Virus record (IMG/VR): IMGVR_UViG_3300022751_000037
Location: 1-27,946 of that record
Source of the DNA: a virus
Lineage: Duplodnaviria; Caudoviricetes
Length of the DNA stretch: 27,946 nt
Direction: 5' to 3' (one strand)
The position numbers and the translations under genes were made by a program. Under the pieces are notes generated by a model. It ran no database searches. It saw only the letters and a list, made by a program, of their open reading frames with translations, and had not been told where the DNA came from. Shown in pieces: positions 1 to 8,228 of the stretch (position 1 is its first letter; every line of letters starts with the position of its first letter).

Positions 1-106
1 GTCCTTACCGAAAGCAACTACTTGCACTTTTGACAACCCCCTCGGGTGTTGCAGAAAAACAACGTTGCTCTGGAGGAATGTTTCTCGGATGACAACTCGC
101 ATAGGG

Positions 107-511
107 TTACGTGTTGCCATTTTGCAACTTATCTTTGACCGCCTGCGCGATCCGCGACGTCATCTCCGTCATGGTCTTGTCCAATGAATCGCGAACGAAA
201 GGCCGTGGGTACGTGGTGCCGTAACCCTTCTCGTCGAACTGGACGTAGCGCGGCGCCTTGCGCACGATCTCGTTCGTCTCAACCGGGAAGCCAAGGCCAT
301 CGACCTGCATGACGTCGACAAACGCCTTGATGCCCGCCGCGCAACGCGTCGTGTACTCGCCAGGCTCGTCTACCATCGTCATGGATACGCCGCGCGGCAG
401 CGCGATGACGATGTAGTTGCCGCCCATCTGCCGCTGCGCCTCGGTGCGCATGTTGTCCACCTGGGTCTGCGTCAGGGCCGTGTCGAAGGTCAGGAGCACG
501 ATGCGCATCAC
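107..511 (-). CDS. hypothetical phage protein (134 aa)
   Basis: ATG overlaps the stop of the upstream ORF (ATGA); GGAG upstream; no motif recognised. Confidence 0.7.
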   Translation of the reverse strand: MMRIVLLTFDTALTQTQVDNMRTEAQRQMGGNYIVIALPRGVSMTMVDEPGEYTTRCAAGIKAFVDVMQVDGLGFPVETNEIVRKAPRYVQFDEKGYGTTYPRPFVRDSLDKTMTEMTSRIAQAVKDKLQNGNT

Positions 512-1062
512 GCTTCTCCCGACTTGCGCAGGGATTCAGCCAACGCGACGATCGAGCTTTGCGTCCCGTCGATCTGCTGGGTAAGATCGCCCATGTGTTC
601 GCGGTACTGTTGTTCGATATCGTCGCGGATTTGCACCAGCTGCTTGACCACATGCGGGATCACGGCCTGCTCGGGCGTCAACTGATCGATCGCCACCGCG
701 TACTGGCCATTGGTCTCGTCGCGGCCCAGCGGCGCCACGGCCTGCAGGTCGGTCAGCATGTTGCGATACAACCACACGTGCGGTGGAATGCCAGCGGGTT
801 CTTCGTCGGGGGTGTCGATGTGTTGGACTTCGCGGGCGTGGGGGTCGCGCATGTCGTTGATCGACTCGTCGGCCTCTGGTTCAGCCAACGCCGCATCGAG
901 CAGCGCCTGCAGCTCAGCGGCTACTTCGCGGCATTCGTTGGCGTGCACGCGGCGGCCATACGCGCGGCCTTCTTCCTCACACGCCTGTTCGTCCTCGTTC
1001 TGCGCATGGCGATACTGTTCGCGGATGCGGGCTTCGAGGATGCGTTTGGTTGCTGGTTTCAT
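508..1062 (-). CDS. hypothetical protein, coiled-coil/acidic (184 aa)
   Basis: Start MKPATKR at 1062 preceded by AAGGAG; genome-typical codon use. Confidence 0.7.
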   Translation of the reverse strand: MKPATKRILEARIREQYRHAQNEDEQACEEEGRAYGRRVHANECREVAAELQALLDAALAEPEADESINDMRDPHAREVQHIDTPDEEPAGIPPHVWLYRNMLTDLQAVAPLGRDETNGQYAVAIDQLTPEQAVIPHVVKQLVQIRDDIEQQYREHMGDLTQQIDGTQSSIVALAESLRKSGEA

Positions 1063-1076
1063 GTTGTGCGGCTCCT

Positions 1077-1168
1077 TGGGAGGGTCTGCACCGGGATGGT
1101 GGCTGCGTCTCACGACGTTGGCATGTGGCCTGCGTACGCCAAGCCGAGCGGTCGACCGGGTTCTCCCA
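1077..1168 (-). ncRNA. candidate multibranch structured RNA / 5' leader
   Basis: Nested helices on the minus strand: UGGGAG/CUCCCA, CCGG/CCGG, GGCU/AGCC, UUGGCGU/AUGCCAA, CGUC-GUGA-GACG; ends at the RBS of the 1062 ORF. Confidence 0.35.
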
Positions 1169-1242
1169 GTCCATGGTACACGAGAGATCCTGACCGTGCC
1201 GAGGGCAGAGGATCAGGACATATTGCGCCAAGCATACCACCA

Positions 1243-1803
1243 TCACGCGGCGACCACAACCACCCGTGCGGGCGCGCCGGCCACGTTCGTGGTGCCCGCC
1301 AGCAGCACCTCCAGGCCTAGCACGGTGACCGCCGCGCGCTGCACCAGGCGCAACGAACAGCCCGTGGTGGTGCTGGTCACCTTCGTCCACACCTGGTTGC
1401 TGGCCGTGGGTGGCTCGGGCTGGATGCTGGGGACCGCCGCGAAGGCCGACGTGTAGGTGATCGTCACCAGGCCATTGGCGTCGGTCGTGCCCGTGTAGGT
1501 GTCGATGCGCTTGGCATCCGCGCCGGCCGCGCCCGTGTTGCCCTTGGCGCCAGCCGGGCCGACATCACCCTGCGCACCGGTCAAGCCAATCGGACCTTGC
1601 GCACCGGCAGCACCCGCTGCCCCTGTCGCGCCAGTCGATCCCTGCGGCCCGGAGGGCCCCGCCACGCCGCGATCGCCCTGTGGCCCTTGGCTACCTACCG
1701 GCCCAGTAGCTCCCGTCGCTCCTGCGGCCCCATTCCCGGCCGGCAGCTCCTTGCGCATGCGCATCAGGATCTTTTTGTAAAACAGGTTCTCGTCGAGGTT
1801 CAT
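1243..1803 (-). CDS. collagen-like (Gly-X-Y) fibre/decoration protein (186 aa)
   Basis: 24 consecutive G-X-Y triplets followed by a beta-rich C-terminal domain; ATG at 1803 overlaps the upstream stop. Confidence 0.85.
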   Translation of the reverse strand: MNLDENLFYKKILMRMRKELPAGNGAAGATGATGPVGSQGPQGDRGVAGPSGPQGSTGATGAAGAAGAQGPIGLTGAQGDVGPAGAKGNTGAAGADAKRIDTYTGTTDANGLVTITYTSAFAAVPSIQPEPPTASNQVWTKVTSTTTGCSLRLVQRAAVTVLGLEVLLAGTTNVAGAPARVVVVAA

Positions 1804-2129
1804 GGTGCATCCAATCCGGCCACCAGGGACCACGCCGAATCGCCCATCCACACGTTGTTCGCAGCCCACGTCGAGGTCTGGCGGACAAAGCGGCCCTTCT
1901 GATCCGGGCCGTAGGTGATCGCGATCTGGTTGCCGTCGGTGTCGTACTTCGGTTTGCAGGGCAGCGAGCCGAGATCGAACATCACCTGGCCGGTGGATTC
2001 GGTGATCAGGCCGGCGCCAGCGGCCGGGGCCGTGCGGTCGGCGTAGGTGCCGTCGGAGAGCCGCACCAGCGCGCGGGCTTTGCCGTCGCCAATGCCGAAA
2101 GTGATTTTGTCGGGGAATTCGTCTGCCAT
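1800..2129 (-). CDS. hypothetical protein (109 aa), possibly virion-associated
   Basis: Start MADEFPDK preceded by GAGG; coupled to the collagen gene. Confidence 0.7.
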   Translation of the reverse strand: MADEFPDKITFGIGDGKARALVRLSDGTYADRTAPAAGAGLITESTGQVMFDLGSLPCKPKYDTDGNQIAITYGPDQKGRFVRQTSTWAANNVWMGDSAWSLVAGLDAP

Positions 2130-2211
2130 GGTGCGCCTCGCTGGTGGTGGAGGGTTAGCGGGAGGGCGTGGCAATGATACCGCAGAGGCATAGGGAAAAT
2201 CTATCGAATTG

Positions 2212-2532
2212 TCACTCCACCGGCCACCCGTCCAGTCCGATCTGCACCTTGGGCCGGTAGGTGCGCCCCGTTTCGCTCGCGGTCTTGGCTTTATGACAAG
2301 GTACACAGAGATATTCCAAATTGGCAACATCATCTATCTGGTCATCACGCCATCCCATCTGCGCCGCCTTGGCCTTGCTCACCTTGTGGTCGACGTCTCG
2401 GCCGGCGACCACCCGGCCTTGTCGCTTGCACTCCTGGCACATGCCGAGGTCACGCTCGATCACCTGTGCTCGGACCTTCTCCCACTCGGCACCATACCCA
2501 CGGGATTGCCGACTTTCCTTTGACCAGGCCAT
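2212..2532 (-). CDS. HNH endonuclease, terminase-associated type (106 aa)
   Basis: RGYGAEWEKVR..ERD..CQEC..VDH..NLEYLCVPCHKAKT and C-terminal IGLDGWP; RBS AAGGA. Confidence 0.9.
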   Translation of the reverse strand: MAWSKESRQSRGYGAEWEKVRAQVIERDLGMCQECKRQGRVVAGRDVDHKVSKAKAAQMGWRDDQIDDVANLEYLCVPCHKAKTASETGRTYRPKVQIGLDGWPVE

Positions 2533-2587
2533 GTTCTGTTGTCCTTGTAAAAATTTACTTCTTGGTTATCCGAAGTGCTCTCTTGAG

Positions 2588-2697
2588 TCCCTCCCTCCAC
2601 TCCACTGTAAACAGTGGATTGGAGTGGAGGAACGGAGTACTCCGATTATTTGGAGGATACTCCGGAGGAAACTGGAGTGTATGCAAATATTTGCACG
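2588..2697. repeat. palindrome/GGAG-CTCC cluster, putative replication origin
   Basis: 11-bp IR 2594-2604/2620-2630, 8-bp IR 2601-2608/2611-2618, palindromes CGGAGTACTCCG 2633-2644, CTCCGGAG 2660-2667, TGCAAATATTTGCA 2682-2695; directly after the primase-helicase stop. Confidence 0.5.
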
Positions 2698-4881
2698 TTA
2701 CTTTCGCTCCAGTAGGGCTATCTCGCCGCCTTCGGTCTTGCCGATGTAGCCTTTTTTGGTGAGCAATTCGACCGCTCGCTCGATAGACCGCTTGTCATTA
2801 TCGGGGCGTCCGGACGGCTCAATCAGTGCCAGGGCCGCCGCATGGAGGGTGACGTAAGGCAGGCTGTCGGCCATGTCTTCGGCATCCTTGAGCACCTTGA
2901 GCACGGCGCGGTGCGGATCCTTCAGACCATCTACGGGGTCGGCTGAAGCGACGTTCCCCGCACTGTGCTCGACCACGCAGGAGGTGATAGGGTCGCCGTC
3001 CTCGTCGGTGCCGATCGTCACGACTTGGAGCTTAAACCCCATCGCCTTGCCCTCGGCCCCGTCCTTGGACTTCTCCAGCCGAATGGCGCGGCCAACAACT
3101 TTATCCCGTGTCACCTCCAGCTGGACGTCCATATTACCCTTCAGGCCCGACCAGCCGCGCGCGCCGCGTGACGCATCCTTACCGGCATGGTGGACCAGTA
3201 TCACCATGGCACCGTTCGTCTCCCGGTTCAGGCGCCGGCAGTTGGCCAGCACCTCTCCCATGTCGTCACTTGAGTTCTCGTTGGCGCCGGCCACGCTGGC
3301 AAGCAGCGTATCGACCACTATCACGTCAGCACCGCCCCACTCGTTGATGCGCGCGGCCAAAACTTTTACGTCATCCTTGGTACGCAGGTTCGGCGTGTCC
3401 GGAATGATGCCGAATGGCAGCACGGACAGATCGATCTGGTGGTGCTGGGCATAGGCCTTGAGACGACCACGCGCCCCGCTGGCGCCCTCGGCGACGACCA
3501 TCACCACTCGCCCAGGTTTCGTCCGCATACCGCGCCACGGCTCGCCTCGTACGATGCAGGCCAGCATATCGATCATGATGAACGACTTGCCGGCCGTCGA
3601 CTCGCCATAGACCATGCCCACCTCCGCACGCGGCAGCACGCCCTTGATAATCCACTGTTGCGGAGGGCCATCTGCGAACGCGCCCGCGTCGCTAATCGCG
3701 AACTTCGCTTTTTCCACCTTGATCGGCGATAGGTCACGGCTCGCCGGGGCGGCCACCTGGGCGCCGGAATCTGGGCCGAGATCGTCAAAATCCCCATATA
3801 CATCAGACACTTGGGCCGTTGATTGGCCGGCCACCTCGGGCGCGCCCCCGAGCAGATCTTCCAAGTCGTCGAGCACCTCGGGCGGCAGTTCCAGTTGTTC
3901 GAAGTCGTCGCGCATGCTGTCGTCGATCTCCTTGGCCCGCGCGGCGCCGGCGCGGCAATGGTCCTTCCACAGGTAGCGCAGCGCCTTATCGTAGTCCTGG
4001 CGCCGGTGGTCGAGCGCCACTTCCATGGCGTACTCGTTCGCCTCCAGCAAGGACAGAATTTGCTCGCGGGTGCATCCGGCTTGCGCCAGCGCGACCGAAG
4101 TGGCGAACAACGCACGGGAACGGTCAGTGCCTGGGTCCGGACCGTCGCTAAGGAAATTGCGCGCGCGCGGCGGCAGGTCGAGGTCTTCCAAGTCCGGCAG
4201 GTCCAGCGCCGAAAGGAGCGGCGGCAGGTGCAAATCCTCCACCTCGGCCTTGGTGCGCTGCCGCCGGTACTTGGCCGCCAGGCCTTCCAGCACGCCGGCC
4301 GGCGCCGGCCGCACGTCGCGCCGCGATCCGTCCACGCGCTGCCCGGTGATGGTGACGAAGCGTGCCTGCGTGCCGCCGTAGATCTCGATACCCCGCTGGT
4401 GGTCGATCGTATCGGCGTCGATGCCGGCGCGCACCATGACGCGCAAACCGGTGCCCGACGGGCTGACCTCGGTATAGCTGTCGAGCTTGGCGATCACCTC
4501 GGCGGCCCACGGTGCGATCTCGCCGGTAGCGGCGTCGCGGCAGTGGTCCAGATCCACGCCGGCCAGGTCGCCCGGGGCGAAGACGTCGGCGGCGCTGCCC
4601 GGCACCTTCTCGCCCGTGACCAGGTAGCCGACGCCGGCGAACTTGCCCGGGTTCTGCAGGTAGACGGCCAGCGCGCGGTGGAAAGACGCCCAGCCCTTCG
4701 TCGATTTGGTCGACAAGCCATAGGCGGGTTGCTCGGCGCGGTGCGGGATCTTCTCGTACTTGCGCTTCTTCTCGTTCCACACGGCGCGCCACGGCGCCCA
4801 GCGGGCGGTGTCGAGCATGGTGGCGGGGATGCCGTCGACGGTGACGGGAAGCAGTGGGGGCAGTTCGGGCTTGGTCGTCAT
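2698..4881 (-). CDS. primase-polymerase (AEP-like) fused to RecA-like AAA_25/RepA-type helicase (727 aa)
   Basis: N-terminal GVDLDHC, EVSPSGTGL, IEIY..RFVTITG; C-terminal Walker A GESTAGKS, Walker B IVVDTL, ILVHHAGKD..RGWS; start coupled to the upstream stop (TGATG). Confidence 0.88.
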   Translation of the reverse strand: MTTKPELPPLLPVTVDGIPATMLDTARWAPWRAVWNEKKRKYEKIPHRAEQPAYGLSTKSTKGWASFHRALAVYLQNPGKFAGVGYLVTGEKVPGSAADVFAPGDLAGVDLDHCRDAATGEIAPWAAEVIAKLDSYTEVSPSGTGLRVMVRAGIDADTIDHQRGIEIYGGTQARFVTITGQRVDGSRRDVRPAPAGVLEGLAAKYRRQRTKAEVEDLHLPPLLSALDLPDLEDLDLPPRARNFLSDGPDPGTDRSRALFATSVALAQAGCTREQILSLLEANEYAMEVALDHRRQDYDKALRYLWKDHCRAGAARAKEIDDSMRDDFEQLELPPEVLDDLEDLLGGAPEVAGQSTAQVSDVYGDFDDLGPDSGAQVAAPASRDLSPIKVEKAKFAISDAGAFADGPPQQWIIKGVLPRAEVGMVYGESTAGKSFIMIDMLACIVRGEPWRGMRTKPGRVVMVVAEGASGARGRLKAYAQHHQIDLSVLPFGIIPDTPNLRTKDDVKVLAARINEWGGADVIVVDTLLASVAGANENSSDDMGEVLANCRRLNRETNGAMVILVHHAGKDASRGARGWSGLKGNMDVQLEVTRDKVVGRAIRLEKSKDGAEGKAMGFKLQVVTIGTDEDGDPITSCVVEHSAGNVASADPVDGLKDPHRAVLKVLKDAEDMADSLPYVTLHAAALALIEPSGRPDNDKRSIERAVELLTKKGYIGKTEGGEIALLERK

Positions 4882-5081
4882 CACAGCGACTCCACTTCGC
4901 CCGAGGGAGTACGCACTTCGTACCTTTCGTATGACGCGCCGTAGATCAGGTAGCACGTAATAGGCAGTGGATCGCCGCCGTCACTGTTAATACGCCAGGC
5001 GATAACTTCGTTCCAGGTAGTATCTTCGGGGTACTTTGCGTAAAAGCCCGTATGGGCCGGCACGATTACATATTGAGACAT
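4881..5081 (-). CDS. small hypothetical protein (66 aa), icd/kil-like position
   Basis: Lower-GC ORF between the C4-like RNA and the primase; stop overlaps the primase ATG. Confidence 0.65.
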   Translation of the reverse strand: MSQYVIVPAHTGFYAKYPEDTTWNEVIAWRINSDGGDPLPITCYLIYGASYERYEVRTPSGEVESL

Positions 5082-5106
5082 GGCGATTTTCTTTCAGTAA
5101 AAAGAA

Positions 5107-5181
5107 AAGCCCTGGAGGGAGCCTTCAAGATCGCCAAACCTTTCCGGCCAATTACCGGTGCGAAGACCCCCTCCAGGGCTT
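5107..5181 (-). ncRNA. C4/CI-like antisense RNA (~75 nt)
   Basis: 13-bp closing stem 5107-5119/5169-5181 enclosing two hairpins with loops UAAUUGG and UUGGCG; complementary boxes up- and downstream; followed by a U-rich run. Confidence 0.7.
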
Positions 5182-5211
5182 AATTGGAACAAATAAAAGG
5201 TTGGCCCGACT

Positions 5212-5241
5212 AGCATACCCCACTACCGCCGCCAGGCGCAA
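5212..5241 (-). promoter_or_regulatory. sigma70-like promoter for the C4-like RNA/primase operon
   Basis: TTGCGC-18 nt-TATGCT on the minus strand. Confidence 0.55.
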
Positions 5242-5250
5242 CCCTTTCCG

Positions 5251-5850
5251 TTACGCCTCGACCCCCATCTCCTGGGCCATCTTGAGCAGCTTATTGGCCA
5301 GCACCACCAGCTCGCGCGCCGGGGTGCCGGGCGGCACGGCCACGTCGATGTGGCGCGTCTTGACGTGCTGCACATCGGGATTGTCAGCGGCCCGCCGGCG
5401 CGGCGCGCGGCTCGATCCCGTTGGCGCAGTGGCGGGTGTCGGTGCTGGCGGCCCGGATGGCGCGGCGCCCACGTAGACGCCGACCGCATCCATGGTGTCG
5501 AGGCGCAGCGGGGCCAGGAATTCGGCCAGCGCGGCGATGGCGCCGGCCGGGGCCAGGCTCCCGACCGTCTTGCCGACGCGGCGCGCACCGATCTTGTCGA
5601 ACAGCGCGGCCGAGCGGCCAATGCGGCGCATCACGGTCTGGTAGGCCGGATCTTCGTGGTTGAGGCATGGCCGGCCGGCGTCGGAGTAGACGCCGCGCAG
5701 CTCGCGCCGGGCATCTAACGACGCGCCGCCGAGGGTGTGGAAGACGAAGAGGGAGACGGCCAGTTCGGACTGGAGGGCCTTGGAGGACAGTGCGAAGGCG
5801 CCGGACAGCGCTTTGACACAGGCGGTGAAATCGTGGGAGGGGGTGGACAT
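5251..5850 (-). CDS. hypothetical protein (199 aa)
   Basis: Start MSTPSHDF with AAGGAG RBS; typical codon use. Confidence 0.75.
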   Translation of the reverse strand: MSTPSHDFTACVKALSGAFALSSKALQSELAVSLFVFHTLGGASLDARRELRGVYSDAGRPCLNHEDPAYQTVMRRIGRSAALFDKIGARRVGKTVGSLAPAGAIAALAEFLAPLRLDTMDAVGVYVGAAPSGPPAPTPATAPTGSSRAPRRRAADNPDVQHVKTRHIDVAVPPGTPARELVVLANKLLKMAQEMGVEA

Positions 5851-5947
5851 GATGGGACTCCTTCTCAAAAGTGATAAATCGGAGTTCCATCATGCGCCGG
5901 CGCGGGGCCGGCGGTTTGATGATTGTCAGGTGGGCGGGTGACGGATA

Positions 5948-6157
5948 TCAAGGCCTGGGCGTATTGCCCATCACGCGCCGGCGCGCCGCTTCATAGTCGA
6001 GCGGCCCGTTGGTGTGGATGCCGGCGCGCAACGCTTCACGGTGCACTGCAGCGGTGCCCGCATCCGCCGCCTCCAACAGTTCCAAAGCCTTGCGCGGGCG
6101 CACCAGCGCCAGCAGGGCGAAGGCGATGAACAGGCCGAATAGTTTAATTCGCATCAT
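5948..6157 (-). CDS. small protein with hydrophobic N-terminus (69 aa)
   Basis: Part of a tightly packed minus-strand run; N-terminal TM/signal-like segment. Confidence 0.6.
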   Translation of the reverse strand: MMRIKLFGLFIAFALLALVRPRKALELLEAADAGTAAVHREALRAGIHTNGPLDYEAARRRVMGNTPRP

Positions 6158-6163
6158 GATTGT

Positions 6164-6355
6164 TTAACCTTTCAAGTTTCGGATATCGTCGGCCAGGCAG
6201 TGGTAACCCTCGTCATCGGCTTTTTGCGCAGCAGCTTCGATTACGGCACAACGTTGGCGCAGCAAGTCCAGCACCAAGGTGGCCAATTCGTCCTTGGTCT
6301 TTTTCATTAGATAGCGGCGGTCGACCGGTCCGCAGTGCACTTCAAATACGCTCAT
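6164..6355 (-). CDS. hypothetical protein (63 aa)
   Basis: GGAG upstream of ATG 6355; packed between neighbours. Confidence 0.6.
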   Translation of the reverse strand: MSVFEVHCGPVDRRYLMKKTKDELATLVLDLLRQRCAVIEAAAQKADDEGYHCLADDIRNLKG

Positions 6356-6357
6356 AA

Positions 6358-6597
6358 TTATCTCCAAAGTAATTTCAAACGCGACGCCTTGACGTCAGGG
6401 TGGATGCGGCCGGCGCAGATATCGCGCACGGTGTCGGCGCCGAGCAGGGTGCTATAGCGCTCGATGCACTGGGCGATCGACAGCAGGCCGACTTCGTAGT
6501 CCCAGCGCACAGCGGCCACCACGCGGGCCGGGGTGGGGTTGCCCGCCGTGCGCGGCGGGATCAGCCGGGGGATGACGAGCCGGGGCTGGGTGGTCAT
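6358..6597 (-). CDS. hypothetical protein, possibly HTH-like (79 aa)
   Basis: ATGA overlap with the upstream ORF; TVRDICAGR segment. Confidence 0.55.
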   Translation of the reverse strand: MTTQPRLVIPRLIPPRTAGNPTPARVVAAVRWDYEVGLLSIAQCIERYSTLLGADTVRDICAGRIHPDVKASRLKLLWR

Positions 6598-6866
6598 GGC
6601 ACTGGCTGTGCTGGTTCGGCCCCGGCATGGTCAGCCGCAGAGAACAGCGCACCGCAGTCGATGCACAGATAGCCGGATTTTACGATTGGGTTACGAGCAT
6701 CGGCGATGCGGTGCTGGCAAGGTGCTGCGACTGGCGAAGATGCAAGCAGCGCGCGCACTTCCTGCACCAGCTTGTTCGGCTCATATTCCGAGGCGGTGCT
6801 GGCGTAGCAAACGAGCGCGTCGAGGTGCGGCTCCAGCCGCCTCAATAAGTCCAGCGCGGCGCTCAC
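6594..6866 (-). CDS. hypothetical protein with C/H and CxxC motifs (90 aa)
   Basis: GTG start overlapping the upstream stop; CQH...CIDC. Confidence 0.6.
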   Translation of the reverse strand: MSAALDLLRRLEPHLDALVCYASTASEYEPNKLVQEVRALLASSPVAAPCQHRIADARNPIVKSGYLCIDCGALFSAADHAGAEPAQPVP

Positions 6867-7219
6867 AGATCACCCCCGACGCCCATCGAGCTGCGCACCT
6901 TCGGCGACACCAGGTCGTTGCGCGGGATGCCGAATTGCATTTCGATCTCCTTGGCGCGCGCCAGCGGCACGTAGCCCTGGCGCAGCCACTGGCCCACGGC
7001 CTGGCGGGTGACGCCCAGCGAGACGGCCAGCTTGTTCCAGCTGCCCGCCTTCTCGACGGCCTTGTCCACCGCGCTGGTGGCGCGGGGCACGGGTTCGTCG
7101 GCGGCGAGCCATTCCTTGATCTGCTTGGTATCGGTACCCAGCAGGCGGGCGAATCCTCGAATGCTGCCGTTTGCCGTGTGGGCGATGGCCATCTGCAGGC
7201 CGGTTTGTTTCTTGATCAT
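6863..7219 (-). CDS. Cro/YdaS-like regulator with two HTH units (118 aa)
   Basis: GSIRGFARLLGTDTKQIKEWL and GSWNKLAVSLGVTRQAVGQWLRQGYVP; RBS AAGGAG. Confidence 0.8.
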   Translation of the reverse strand: MIKKQTGLQMAIAHTANGSIRGFARLLGTDTKQIKEWLAADEPVPRATSAVDKAVEKAGSWNKLAVSLGVTRQAVGQWLRQGYVPLARAKEIEMQFGIPRNDLVSPKVRSSMGVGGDL

Positions 7220-7232
7220 GGTGTTGCTCCTT

Positions 7233-8228
7233 TTAAATTAAATCACTGAGATCGTCTACAACAGGTCGGCTAGTTCCGAAGGCACATTCAATGAAGATGC
7301 GGGCCGCTTCGATGTTGATCGCGTTGCCGTATCCGGCGAGACGCCCGGCACGGTGGCCTTGGCCTTCTTTACCGGCGGGGGCATGCCAATCGGAGCGGCC
7401 TCGTCCCACTCGGGCGGCAGACCCATCAACCAGCGGGAATGCGCCGGGTTCAACTGGCCGCCACCGATCATCCCGGCAGCGTAGCCAGTCAGAATCTCGC
7501 CAGAACCCAGCAACCGGGCCGCTCCCGACAGTTTCCACGCCAAGCCCCGCGATCCGTCGGGCGCCGTCCCACTGTAGCAATGGGTCGAACCCGTCGAGTC
7601 GTTCGCTACTGGCGTCGGCCAGCCCGCCAGGTGCGCTGCGACTTCCAGACTCACCTGCTTGCCCGAATTGATCCGCCGATCCGCTGCTTCCGCCGTGCTG
7701 CAGCGCCATTTCTGGTCCCCCGCGCAAGGCGTCGGCCACCCAGTACGTGCGGTCTCTGATGTGCGGAGCACCGACGCCCGCAGACGGAAACGCGACCGCC
7801 CCGAAGGCATATCCCAAGGCTTCCATGTCATCTTGTACAAGGTCGAGCCAAGGCTCTGCGTCGCGGCTTGCAACCTGCTCACCAACGATTCTTGCAGGGC
7901 GGCACTCGCGGGCGAGGTGTTCGACGACCGGCCAGAGGTGCCGCTCATCAGCAAACCCCGCTCCCGCGCCTGCCGCGCTGAAAGGCTGGCACGGTGCGGA
8001 GGCGGACCAGATTGGCTCGTCGTCTCTGACCCCAGCAGCTCGGCAAGCCAAGCTCCATCCGCCGATTCCTGCAAACAGATGCACTTGGGTGAACCCTCGC
8101 AGGTCTTCAGGTGTGACATCTTCGATGCTCCTTTCGTCTACGATACCTGGCGCGATCAGGCCGGCATCGATTAAGTTTCTCAGCCACTGGGCTGCATACG
8201 GGTTGATCTCGTTATAGTAGGCGCTCAT
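7233..8228 (-). CDS. C5 cytosine DNA methyltransferase, catalytic (alpha) polypeptide (331 aa)
   Basis: Motif [42 protein letters not shown]; no motif IX seen in this frame; ATG overlaps the HNH stop. Confidence 0.9.
   Translation of the reverse strand: MSAYYNEINPYAAQWLRNLIDAGLIAPGIVDERSIEDVTPEDLRGFTQVHLFAGIGGWSLACRAAGVRDDEPIWSASAPCQPFSAAGAGAGFADERHLWPVVEHLARECRPARIVGEQVASRDAEPWLDLVQDDMEALGYAFGAVAFPSAGVGAPHIRDRTYWVADALRGGPEMALQHGGSSGSADQFGQAGESGSRSAPGGLADASSERLDGFDPLLQWDGARRIAGLGVETVGSGPVAGFWRDSDWLRCRDDRWRPVEPGAFPLVDGSAARVGRGRSDWHAPAGKEGQGHRAGRLAGYGNAINIEAARIFIECAFGTSRPVVDDLSDLI
7256..7948 (-). CDS. overprinted MTase beta polypeptide (WPTP modules + motif IX; ~230 aa, frame open to 8119)
   Basis: Alternative frame nested in the alpha gene; two GWPTP modules and [16 protein letters not shown]; GGGAGCGGGG upstream of ATG 7948. 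Confidence 0.72.
   Translation of the reverse strand: MSGTSGRSSNTSPASAALQESLVSRLQAATQSLGSTLYKMTWKPWDMPSGRSRFRLRASVLRTSETARTGWPTPCAGDQKWRCSTAEAADRRINSGKQVSLEVAAHLAGWPTPVANDSTGSTHCYSGTAPDGSRGLAWKLSGAARLLGSGEILTGYAAGMIGGGQLNPAHSRWLMGLPPEWDEAAPIGMPPPVKKAKATVPGVSPDTATRSTSKRPASSLNVPSELADLL

Noticed and set aside
1-106. Possible cos site or terminator at the left edge
   Set aside because: Only an imperfect hairpin (34-51) and one TACTTGC word; the context is cut off by the window
5895-5917. GC hairpin CGCCGGC-GCGGG-GCCGGCG as a terminator
   Set aside because: No U-tract on the transcribed (minus) strand; such stems are common at this GC content
7256-8119. Two MTase frames as a sequencing frameshift or pseudogene
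   Set aside because: Both frames are open over the whole overlap and motif X returns in the first frame, which a single indel cannot explain
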